Notes: generated by a model not told the origin, from the letters alone. DNA of 32,000 bases from Pseudodesulfovibrio piezophilus C1TLV30 (GCF_000341895.1 NC_020409.1:510001-542000); one strand, 5' to 3'; shown: positions 16,914 to 25,004, counted from the first letter of the stretch. Made by a program: numbers and translations.

Positions 16914-17715
16914 GCTACTTAAAGATATGACCAGCAAAAAAAAAATTGTCACAGCTGACAATTGGGATTCCCTGAAAAAATTTACCGATGCCAGAATTAG
17001 CCTTGGGCGTTGTGGGACAAGCCTTCCCTTGAAAGAGAGCCTTGCTTTCAAACTTGCTCATGCTCAAGCTAAGGATGCCGTGCACAAGAGTTTTCAACGA
17101 GAAACATTAATCCGAAAAATTGAGAGCCAAGGTTATTCATGTATTTCATTAAAAAGTCAGGTTGAGAACAGGAATGAATATTTGACGCGCCCGGATTTAG
17201 GGAGACAACTTGATACAGCATCTTTAGAAAAAGTAATTCAGAACGCTCCAAAAAAATGTGATATTTCTTTCATCATTTGCGACGGTTTATCTGTGCGTGC
17301 TATTCATGAAAATGGCCTGATTTTTTTTACAGAATTTATGAACACCCTAAAAGAAACACCGCTCACACTTGCTCCGGTATGCCTGGTAACTTATGGTCGA
17401 GTAGCTATTGCCGATGAAATTGGAGCTGTGTTGAATGCAACTCTTTCTATTGTCCTTATAGGTGAACGTCCCGGCTTGAGTGCGCCAAATTCTATGGGAA
17501 TATATTTAACGTATGCTCCAAAAGTTGGTAATACAGATGAGGTTAGGAATTGTATATCAAATATCCGACCAGGAGGGATGACTCATCAAGCTGCAGTTCA
17601 AAAGCTCTCTTATTTACTTGAAAAGGCTTATATGTTGCGGAAAACTGGCGTTCAACTTAAAGATTCGATGCCTTCCTTTTATTTACCATTTTCAGAATTG
17701 ATCGAACTTCAATAA
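16900..17715 (+). CDS. eutC: Ethanolamine ammonia-lyase small (light) subunit
   Basis: 'YLTRPDLGRQL', 'ICDGLSVRAI', 'YGRVAIADEIG' and 'VLIGERPGLS' match conserved EutC blocks. ATG 16900 overlaps the eutB end by 14 nt. ATG 16927 is an alternative start. Neither has a clear Shine-Dalgarno. Confidence 0.88.
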   Translation: MRFVELLKDMTSKKKIVTADNWDSLKKFTDARISLGRCGTSLPLKESLAFKLAHAQAKDAVHKSFQRETLIRKIESQGYSCISLKSQVENRNEYLTRPDLGRQLDTASLEKVIQNAPKKCDISFIICDGLSVRAIHENGLIFFTEFMNTLKETPLTLAPVCLVTYGRVAIADEIGAVLNATLSIVLIGERPGLSAPNSMGIYLTYAPKVGNTDEVRNCISNIRPGGMTHQAAVQKLSYLLEKAYMLRKTGVQLKDSMPSFYLPFSELIELQ

Positions 17716-17764
17716 CTTTTTCACTTTACGATCTTTGGCTTGAAGTCTAAAAACTCCAAGACAA

Positions 17765-17802
17765 AGAAAAGGGGACAAGCCATCAGGCATGTCCCCTTTT
17801 CT
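17765..17802. terminator. Bidirectional terminator hairpin between eutC and secF
   Basis: 13-bp perfect stem 'agaaaaggggaca' (17765-17777) / 'tgtccccttttct' (17790-17802) with a 12-nt loop. The A-rich 5' arm and T-rich 3' arm could serve both strands. It lies between the convergent stops at 17715 and 17820. Confidence 0.8.
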
Positions 17803-17819
17803 AAGATTGTATTTGGCTG

Positions 17820-18881
17820 TTATATTGATTCGTTTGCCGATTCACTTGGACCAAATCCCATAAGAATCGGACTCGCAACAAAGATTGAGGAATATGTACC
17901 AACAACAACACCAATCAGCAAAGCAAGTGCAAAGTCATGGATGACACTGCCTCCAACCACATAAAGACACGCAACAACAAGAAGTGTTGTTAAAGATGTC
18001 ATGATAGTACGAGACAAAGTCTGGTTGATAGATTTATTGATAACCGCTCCAAATGATCCAGACCGTTTTGTATCGGTATCATTTTCACGGATTCTATCAA
18101 AGACAATAATCGTATCGTTGAGAGAATAACCAATAATCGTCAAGAGAGCAGCAATAATTGTCAGATCAAATTCCTTACCAAGTATGGAAAAAATACCAAC
18201 AGTAATGGTAACATCATGAATGAGAGCGACAACAGCACCGAGTGCGTAGTTGAGTTTTAAATACCAACAGAGTCCAACGGTGACGATAAGTGCAATAATG
18301 GTCAACCACGCCATATCCAGCCCAGTAAGACCTACTCCATAGATGATACCACCAAGCGCCGCGGCCATAATTGCCGCGACAGTCCAACGTTGCTCAAATC
18401 GTCCTGAGATGTAGACGGCAATGATCAGAACTGCGTAAAAAAGAGCCTCAAGCGCTTTACTACGAAGATCCGCTCCGACCTTAGGACCGACCATCTCTAA
18501 ACGTTGTATCTCAAATCCCTTTCCATTCAAGTTTTTCTCAAGAGCATTAGAAATGTGCTTTCTAACTTCCTGAGAAGCGACTTCAGAAGTGGAAGTACGG
18601 ATGAGATATTCATTATCCCCTTCAAGTCCAAGAGTTTGAACAACCAACCCAGGAAGTTCAACTCCTTTCAAGGCACCCTTTAACTCATTGACATCTGTTG
18701 TATGGTCCACTTTAACCTGAACGATCATACCTCCAGCAAAATCAATACCATATTTTGGTCCACCTTTAAGAACCAATGAAGTAAGACCTGCAAGAATAAA
18801 GATGGCAGAAAGAAGAAAAGCGATCTTTTTAATACCAATAAAATCAATATGGGTATTGGGTTTGATTAATTGAAGTCCCAT
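17820..18881 (-). CDS. secF: Protein translocase subunit SecF
   Basis: 353 aa. 'IDFIGIKKIAFLLSAIFILAGL...KYGIDFAGG' and a C-terminal 6-TM SecD/SecF domain ('HDVTITVGIFS', 'GYSLNDTIIVFDRIRE'). AAGGGGA Shine-Dalgarno overlaps the secD stop. Confidence 0.95.
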   Translation of the reverse strand: MGLQLIKPNTHIDFIGIKKIAFLLSAIFILAGLTSLVLKGGPKYGIDFAGGMIVQVKVDHTTDVNELKGALKGVELPGLVVQTLGLEGDNEYLIRTSTSEVASQEVRKHISNALEKNLNGKGFEIQRLEMVGPKVGADLRSKALEALFYAVLIIAVYISGRFEQRWTVAAIMAAALGGIIYGVGLTGLDMAWLTIIALIVTVGLCWYLKLNYALGAVVALIHDVTITVGIFSILGKEFDLTIIAALLTIIGYSLNDTIIVFDRIRENDTDTKRSGSFGAVINKSINQTLSRTIMTSLTTLLVVACLYVVGGSVIHDFALALLIGVVVGTYSSIFVASPILMGFGPSESANESI

Positions 18882-18891
18882 AATCGTCCCC

Positions 18892-20487
18892 TTAAATGCT
18901 CAGCTTAGTGCTTTCGGAGCGGCTTTTAGTGTAAACGTCGAACAGTATATGCGACACGAAAATGGCCGTAAACATGGAGGTGAGAATGCCAAGGGTCAGC
19001 GTGACTGCAAATCCTCTCACCGGCCCTGTTCCGAATTGGTACAGAATAATAGCCGCAATGATTGTTGTTACGTTGGCATCCATGATTGTCAGCGTCGCAC
19101 GACTATATCCTTCAGCAATTGCTGCACGAGCTGTCAGACCACGCCTTAATTCTTCTCGTATTCTTTCAAAGATAATAACATTGGCATCAACAGCCATACC
19201 TATTGTCAGAATAATTCCTGCAATGCCAGGGAGTGTTAATGTTGCTCCAAAAACTGCCAATCCTGCCAGAATGAGCATAATGTTGAGGCATAAAACCACA
19301 TCGGCCACGAAACCGGCAAAACCGTAATAAAAAATCATGAAGCCAAGAACCAGTGCCATACCGATAGCCGCAGACATGATTCCCTTATCAATTGATTCTT
19401 GTCCCAAAGATGGTCCGACTGAACGTTGCTCAAGTATCACGACTGGTGCGGGTAAGGAACCAGCACGGAGAACAACGGCCAGGTCTCGAGCTTCTTCACG
19501 GGTAAATTGACCGGTAATAGATGCACGTCCACCAGCAATCTTTTCCTGAATAACAGGAGCAGAATAGACCTTGCCATCAAGAACTATTGCCATCCGTTTA
19601 TTAACATTATCAGCGGTCAGATTAGCAAAAATAGAGCCTCCCCTGCTGTTGAATGAGATTCCAACATAAGGTTTGTTCCACGAATCCAATCTAACTTTGG
19701 CATCGGTAATATACTCACCAGTCAAGACAGCGTCTTTTTTGAGGACAATCGGGTCTTCGGAATAGCTCCCGTTGGCTTGCCTTTTCATGAGAACGGAAAG
19801 CTCTCGCCCTGGGGCAAGGATTCCCTTCGTTGCTTTTTCGATGTCCGCTGTATCATCAACCATTTTGAACTCAAGATGAGCTGTTTGGCCAATAATTTTG
19901 ATAGCTCGTTCAGGATCTTGCAACCCTGGTAACTGCACCTGGATGCGATTCCCCTGCTGTTTACGAATATCTGGTTCCGCCACACCGAATTGATCAATAC
20001 GGTTTCGAATTGTCTTGATGGCCTGATCCATGGTCAGAGTTTCAATTTCCTTACGGTACTGAGGCGATACAGATAAAATAAATTTAACTTTGCCATCATC
20101 CATGGGGTCCATCGACTCTATATCAAAAGGGCTTTTATCCTTGACAGCTTCTTCGAAAGCATTCTGCTGGTCACCCTTCAAGAGAACAATTTCAATGCGA
20201 CTATCCGACACCACATTGGGACGTAAAACAAAAATCTCATCTTCACGTGCTGAAGCTTTGAGATCATCTCCCAGCCGAGCAAGATTATTATGCATGGCAG
20301 TATCCATATCCACACCAAGTGTCAGATGTATACCACCTTTGAGATCAAGACCAAGATTAACGGAGTTACCCGGCAGAATTTTGCCGAGCGGTGAACCGGA
20401 TACGCCTGGAACAGAAGGCAAGACATATGCCAATCCAAGAGCCAGAACAATCAGGGTTATAATGATTCTCCAACGCAGACTCTGCAT
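18892..20487 (-). CDS. secD: Protein translocase subunit SecD
   Basis: 'LGLDLKGGIHLTL', 'GVAEPDIRKQQGNRIQVQLPG', 'SVGPSLG' and 'GMAVDANVIIFERIREE'. The start was trimmed from 20562 to ATG 20487 ('MQSLRWRIIITLIVLALGLAYV'), which has an AGGAG Shine-Dalgarno 7 nt upstream. Confidence 0.93.
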   Translation of the reverse strand: MQSLRWRIIITLIVLALGLAYVLPSVPGVSGSPLGKILPGNSVNLGLDLKGGIHLTLGVDMDTAMHNNLARLGDDLKASAREDEIFVLRPNVVSDSRIEIVLLKGDQQNAFEEAVKDKSPFDIESMDPMDDGKVKFILSVSPQYRKEIETLTMDQAIKTIRNRIDQFGVAEPDIRKQQGNRIQVQLPGLQDPERAIKIIGQTAHLEFKMVDDTADIEKATKGILAPGRELSVLMKRQANGSYSEDPIVLKKDAVLTGEYITDAKVRLDSWNKPYVGISFNSRGGSIFANLTADNVNKRMAIVLDGKVYSAPVIQEKIAGGRASITGQFTREEARDLAVVLRAGSLPAPVVILEQRSVGPSLGQESIDKGIMSAAIGMALVLGFMIFYYGFAGFVADVVLCLNIMLILAGLAVFGATLTLPGIAGIILTIGMAVDANVIIFERIREELRRGLTARAAIAEGYSRATLTIMDANVTTIIAAIILYQFGTGPVRGFAVTLTLGILTSMFTAIFVSHILFDVYTKSRSESTKLSI

Positions 20488-20558
20488 GAAAACTCCTATG
20501 ATACAAACATGTTGCAACCAAAAAGGTAGAACTTCATTAAACACAAGCGCGGACCAGT

Positions 20559-20572
20559 CCACATATATGTGG
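20559..20572. repeat. 14-nt perfect palindrome CCACATATATGTGG inside GC-rich flanks, in the yajC-secD spacer
   Basis: Read directly from the sequence. An alternative 6-bp stem 'ggacca' (20551-20556) / 'tggtcc' (20570-20575) is possible. A second small hairpin 'cggaa'(20584-20588)/'ttccg'(20596-20600) follows. Function unknown. Confidence 0.5.
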
Positions 20573-20611
20573 TCCGGCCCGCACGGAAGTCCTATTTCCG
20601 GGTTGTCAAGC

Positions 20612-20968
20612 CTACTTCTTTACATCAGCTGCGGGCTTGCCGTCTTTGTCGGCAACAAAACCGCGCTTAATAACAACATTGACACCTTTGGCTATCTCAA
20701 GTGTGAGATTGTCACCATCAATATCAACAATCATGCCAAGGATACCACCATTGGTCCATACTTTGTCGCCTTTCTTCAAGGCTTCCAACATGGTTTTGTG
20801 CTGTTTTTGCTTCTTCTGCTGAGGGCGGATGAGAAGGAAATAAAAGATGGCGAACATAAGCACGAGCATCGGCAGCGGACCACCTAGAATGCCAGCCAGT
20901 CCACCAGCCTCGGCCCCGGCTCCACCAGCAGGAGGGGCCATCGCGTAGGCTACGGAATCGAAGAACAT
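20612..20968 (-). CDS. yajC: Preprotein translocase accessory subunit YajC
   Basis: 118 aa. A single TM followed by 'FYFLLIRPQQKKQKQHKTMLEALKKGDKVWTNGGILGMIV', the YajC signature. It has an Ala/Gly-rich N-terminal extension. GGAGGA Shine-Dalgarno upstream. Confidence 0.9.
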   Translation of the reverse strand: MFFDSVAYAMAPPAGGAGAEAGGLAGILGGPLPMLVLMFAIFYFLLIRPQQKKQKQHKTMLEALKKGDKVWTNGGILGMIVDIDGDNLTLEIAKGVNVVIKRGFVADKDGKPAADVKK

Positions 20969-21007
20969 AGTTCCTCCAGACAGGGTAATAATGTTTGTCG
21001 TCAGCGA

Positions 21008-21769
21008 TTAGCAGGGAACGTACAAGTTACCATACGGTCTATGCGAGAACGGACGAATTTTCACGAAGTTCTCGCTTAAAATTTCCTTGCTGTCCAGCTT
21101 CAATTCTTTGGCGTATTCATTGGTAAGCTCTTTAATGACTTTAAGGTCTTCAGAGTCGACCGGTTGCGCGTGCAAACCAGACCCGAGTTGCTCTTGATGA
21201 ACTTTTCCTCGGACATAAATTACGCCACCATGCATTCCTGTTCCAAGACTTCGTCCCGCAACAGGCGCATCAGGCTTACCAGAAAACATGCCCAAGAGCA
21301 AAATAATTCCACCAGCCATGTATTCACCAAGAAAGTCTCCAGCCTTCCCCCCTATAACTATTTTGGGTTGGTGTTCAAGATAGGCTTTCATGTGGATGCC
21401 GACACGGTAGCCGACATCTCCATGAACAAATATTTCTCCTCCTCTCATGGCATAGCCTAGAACATCTCCGGCTAACCCCTCAATAACGATGCGTCCTCCA
21501 TCCATGGTATTTCCCACTCCATCCTGAGCATTGTTATGGACGCGTATATAGGGACCACGCATGAATGCTGCTAAGTCTTGACCGGGTACTCCATAAATAT
21601 CAAAAACAAGGTCTCCTTCCATTGCTATCCCAATATAGCGCTGGCCATGGCAATTTTTTATAGTGAATTGAGTAACTCCGTCTTTAACCAAATTTCTGAT
21701 CTCTTCATTGAATTGTTTATAATATATCTGCCCTGCCTCAAGGGTTCGTTCATCTCTTTTATTCTGCAT
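21008..21769 (-). CDS. Glutamate synthase GXGXG-domain subunit (archaeal-type GltB domain 3)
   Basis: Repeated beta-helix GxxGxxG pattern ('IEGLAGDVLGYAMRGGEIFVHGDVGYRVG', 'IGGKAGDFLGEYMAGGIILLLG'). The start was trimmed from 21886 to ATG 21769, 1 nt after the upstream gene's TGA, with GGAGAA upstream. Confidence 0.88.
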   Translation of the reverse strand: MQNKRDERTLEAGQIYYKQFNEEIRNLVKDGVTQFTIKNCHGQRYIGIAMEGDLVFDIYGVPGQDLAAFMRGPYIRVHNNAQDGVGNTMDGGRIVIEGLAGDVLGYAMRGGEIFVHGDVGYRVGIHMKAYLEHQPKIVIGGKAGDFLGEYMAGGIILLLGMFSGKPDAPVAGRSLGTGMHGGVIYVRGKVHQEQLGSGLHAQPVDSEDLKVIKELTNEYAKELKLDSKEILSENFVKIRPFSHRPYGNLYVPC

Positions 21770-21770
21770 T

Positions 21771-22868
21771 TCAATTCTCCAGATTAACAATAACTGGTTC
21801 TCCAGCCTTGGGCATCCAGACTTTATCCAATTCGGGACAAACATCCCGTACAGCTGACTCTTCACTTGACATAAAAACCATATCATCTTTTTCAGCCACC
21901 AAAAGTGGCCGTAATTTTATGCGGTCGTTTAACCCCATCAAACGATTATTATCAGCAACAAGAATGGCAAAAGGCCCATTCAACATTCCTGACCCATACG
22001 TCGTGCGAAGAAGAGTATAAAGCTCCTTATCCTCGGAATTCATTTTTTCTATTTCATCCCAAAAGGGAGGAGCAAAACATTTTGCAGCCATTTCCCAAGA
22101 AAGACCGTGTTTGCGTATCAATAAATCAAGTTCGTAGGCCACGACTTCGGTATCTGTCATCATTGTGCAGAGATAGTCATGCTCACACAAGTAGCGACGG
22201 TTGATACCATAAGAGGAAATTTCACCATTATGCACTATAGACCAATTGAGAATTGTAAAGGGATGGGCACCTCCCCACCACCCAGGTGTATTGGTTGGAA
22301 AACGGTTATGCCCTGTCCATATATATGCATTATATTCTTCGAGGCGGAAAAAATCTGCTATGTCTTCAGGAAAACCTACCCCTTTGAATGCACCCATGTT
22401 TTTCCCACTTGAAACAACAAAGGCTCCTGGAAAAGACGTATTGATTTTCATAACCACAGCAACAATATAATCCTCTTCAATTAAATGAGAAAATTCGTTG
22501 ATGAGGTTGTTTGAAACGGTGACAAAATAACGATGAAAGAGAGGAGGATTTGCTATTGCAAGACTTTTTCTGGTCGGAATAGCTTCGAAGTAATGCATGT
22601 CAAAATATGTCCGCAACAGCTTCTCAACCTTTTCTATTGCGGCTTTGCTGTCATACATGAGATGAAAACAATATTTATCTGCGTGTTCCGGGTAGATCCC
22701 ATACGCTGCAAAACCTCCCCCAAGTCCATTGCCCCGGTCATGCATGCATTTCATCGCTGCAATCGGTATGTTTCCCGAAATCAGCCCCCTTTTTTTGTGA
22801 ATGACTCCAAAAACACCGCAGCCCGATATGTCCTTTTCAAAATCATGGTATTTATCAGGTGCTTTCAT
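21771..22868 (-). CDS. Glutamate synthase class-II (Ntn) glutamine amidotransferase subunit (archaeal-type GltB domain 1)
   Basis: 365 aa. 'GCGVFGVI' is the nucleophile region, with 'HDRGNGLGGGFAAYG', 'GHNRFPTNT' and 'VHNGEISSYG' downstream. These are typical Ntn-amidotransferase blocks. The Cys is residue 17 of the ORF. Confidence 0.88.
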   Translation of the reverse strand: MKAPDKYHDFEKDISGCGVFGVIHKKRGLISGNIPIAAMKCMHDRGNGLGGGFAAYGIYPEHADKYCFHLMYDSKAAIEKVEKLLRTYFDMHYFEAIPTRKSLAIANPPLFHRYFVTVSNNLINEFSHLIEEDYIVAVVMKINTSFPGAFVVSSGKNMGAFKGVGFPEDIADFFRLEEYNAYIWTGHNRFPTNTPGWWGGAHPFTILNWSIVHNGEISSYGINRRYLCEHDYLCTMMTDTEVVAYELDLLIRKHGLSWEMAAKCFAPPFWDEIEKMNSEDKELYTLLRTTYGSGMLNGPFAILVADNNRLMGLNDRIKLRPLLVAEKDDMVFMSSEESAVRDVCPELDKVWMPKAGEPVIVNLEN

Positions 22869-23062
22869 TTTTTACTCTTTTGCATCTCTGCATTAAAAGA
22901 CTTTTTCTTAATCAACTTCAACGACGTCAGGATTCCAATTTTTTTTTAATCATCGGGCCACAAAAGAACATCCGGCGTACCGACAACAAATTGCTTTTTG
23001 TTTTTTTTCTTGAAGTTTTAGCTTAAATTTAATGAACTCAGTGCACATCCGGTCATACCCGT

Positions 23063-24616
23063 TTAACGACCGGCATGTTTAATACCAAGAATATCAAGTT
23101 CAGTATCAGACAGCCCTACCCCACGTAACTTGTCACGATTACCTCGGAGGCTTTCGATAGAATTAAGCCCCATTCCACCTAGCATTTCTTCTATTTCATG
23201 TCCCCAGGCCTGTATCAGGTTCGTGAGTCTTTTTGCGGCAATATCTGGATTTTGTCTTTTGGATAATTGGGGATCATTTGTTGCAATTCCCCATGGGCAT
23301 TTTCCTGTGTAGCACCGGCCACAAAGCGTGCAGCCCACCGCGACAAGAGTAGCAGTCCCTATATAAACGGCGTCCGCTCCCAATGCGATAGATTTGACCA
23401 CATCACCTGAACAACGAATTCCCCCTGCGGCAACGACGGAAACCTTGTGTCTGATTCCTTCGTCTCTCAGGCGCTGGTCTACCTGAGCTAAAGCAAGTTC
23501 AATGGGAATCCCGACATTATCACGAATCATTGCCGGAGCCGCGCCAGTCCCGCCTCGCATCCCGTCAATGGTGACAATATCTGCTCCAGCTCGAGCTATC
23601 CCAGATGCAATAGCCGCCACATTATGAACAGCTGCGATTTTGACAGATATGGGAACTTTGTATTCAGAGGCTTCTTTCAAAGCATATATTAACTGAAGAA
23701 GGTCTTCGATTGAATATATGTCATGATGCGGTGCTGGTGAAATTGCATCAGATCCAAGAGGAATCATACGCGTTTCAGAAACTTTATCATTGATCTTTTC
23801 ACCGGGGAGATGCCCTCCAATTCCGGGCTTTGCTCCCTGTCCGACTTTGATCTCAATGCCAATACCAGCCTTAAGGTAATCCAAGTGAACCCCAAAACGC
23901 CCAGATGCAACCTGTACGATCGTATTCTTACCGTATTTGTAGAGAGATTGGTGAAGTCCCCCCTCACCCGTATTGTAAGCTGTACCGGTTTCAGTCGCAG
24001 CTCTCGCCATAGCTCTATGTAAATTGAAATTGATAGCTCCAAAACTCATGGCCGCAAACATGATAGGTATTGATAGCTCAATTTGTGGTGCCAATTTTGT
24101 TTTAAGCGACGGGTTCCCGTTTTTACCTTGGAAAACAGTCACCCTTTTAGGCTTTGCGCCAAGAAAAGTTTTCAACTCCATGGGCTCTCGAAGTGGATCG
24201 ATGGAAGGATTGGTGACTTGACTCGCATCTAGCAGCATATGATCCCAGTAAACCGGGATATCGACAGGAGACCCCATTCCCGCCAAAAGAACTCCGCCTG
24301 TTTCTGCTTGTTTATAAATATTTTGCAAAAAATTTGCCCTCCAGAGACTATTCTCCCTGAAACCGGAAGGCGTATTTCGAATACTTAAAGCAGCGGTTGG
24401 ACATAAAGCTGCACAACGATGACAGCCTATACAGAGGGCGTTGTTATGCGTCACTTTTTGTCTGCTTTCATCCCAAAAGTGAGCATCATAAGAACACTGC
24501 CTTATACAAACCTTGCAATTGATACAGAGCTCTTTGTCTCTATCAATGCAAAATTCATGGTAATTCTTATTGGCTGGTTGAAGCAGCAAAGCAAACACCT
24601 CATTTGTTTTCGCCAA
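23063..24616 (-). CDS. Glutamate synthase FMN/Fe-S subunit (archaeal-type GltB domain 2) with an N-terminal 2x[4Fe-4S] ferredoxin domain
   Basis: 517 aa. Ferredoxin motifs 'CINCKVCIRQC' and 'CIGCHRCAALCP'. FMN-barrel blocks 'MSFGAI', 'NTGEGG', 'EIKVGQGAKPGIGGHLPG', 'SPAPHHDIYSIEDL', 'ITIDGMRGGTGAAP' and 'VVAAGGIRCSGDVVKSIALGADAVYIG'. The ORF begins at TTG (24616) with no visible Shine-Dalgarno, so the exact start is uncertain. Confidence 0.86.
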   Translation of the reverse strand: MAKTNEVFALLLQPANKNYHEFCIDRDKELCINCKVCIRQCSYDAHFWDESRQKVTHNNALCIGCHRCAALCPTAALSIRNTPSGFRENSLWRANFLQNIYKQAETGGVLLAGMGSPVDIPVYWDHMLLDASQVTNPSIDPLREPMELKTFLGAKPKRVTVFQGKNGNPSLKTKLAPQIELSIPIMFAAMSFGAINFNLHRAMARAATETGTAYNTGEGGLHQSLYKYGKNTIVQVASGRFGVHLDYLKAGIGIEIKVGQGAKPGIGGHLPGEKINDKVSETRMIPLGSDAISPAPHHDIYSIEDLLQLIYALKEASEYKVPISVKIAAVHNVAAIASGIARAGADIVTIDGMRGGTGAAPAMIRDNVGIPIELALAQVDQRLRDEGIRHKVSVVAAGGIRCSGDVVKSIALGADAVYIGTATLVAVGCTLCGRCYTGKCPWGIATNDPQLSKRQNPDIAAKRLTNLIQAWGHEIEEMLGGMGLNSIESLRGNRDKLRGVGLSDTELDILGIKHAGR

Positions 24617-24956
24617 AAAAGTAATAAAAACTTATCTTACAGGTATAACCTTGAGCCTTTTTTTACAATCGAGCAAAATGTACACAACATATACGATAAA
24701 ACAACATTGCACGTCCAAAAGAAAGCTGTCAATAGTATGTATAACAATCTAGAATAAATGAACTTAAACAAAGTTGTTAGTATCGAAAAAACAGTTTCAT
24801 CACCTCATCGCTCCCGTGTTTATCTTTCGAATTTCAAGCTGATTTTATCATAAGTTCTTGTTTCATTCTAAAAAAAGAACACCCTTTTGTAGATTGGCAA
24901 ATGACATCTTTATACGTTGCTGGAAACAAAGATTCTATCTTGGACACTGATATTTT

Positions 24957-24981
24957 GTCGGGTCAACTCGACAACTTTTTT
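24957..24981 (+). terminator. Weak terminator-like hairpin plus T6 inside the large intergenic region upstream of dut
   Basis: 'gtcggg tcaa ctcgac' is a 6-bp stem (one G-U) with a 4-nt loop (24957-24972), followed by 'aac' and TTTTTT (24976-24981). The stem is short, so this is tentative. Confidence 0.3.
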
Positions 24982-25004
24982 GAAAGACTGTGAAATGAGA
25001 GGAA

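Noticed and set aside
20488-20562. N-terminal ORF-track extensions of secD (to 20562), the GXGXG subunit (to 21886), the binding protein (12995), the Grx-like gene (14676), the EndoIII-like gene (27914), the envC-like gene (28578) and ctpA (29705).
   Set aside because: In every case an internal ATG with a good Shine-Dalgarno gives a canonical N-terminus or signal peptide. The extension would also overlap the upstream gene or a structured spacer.
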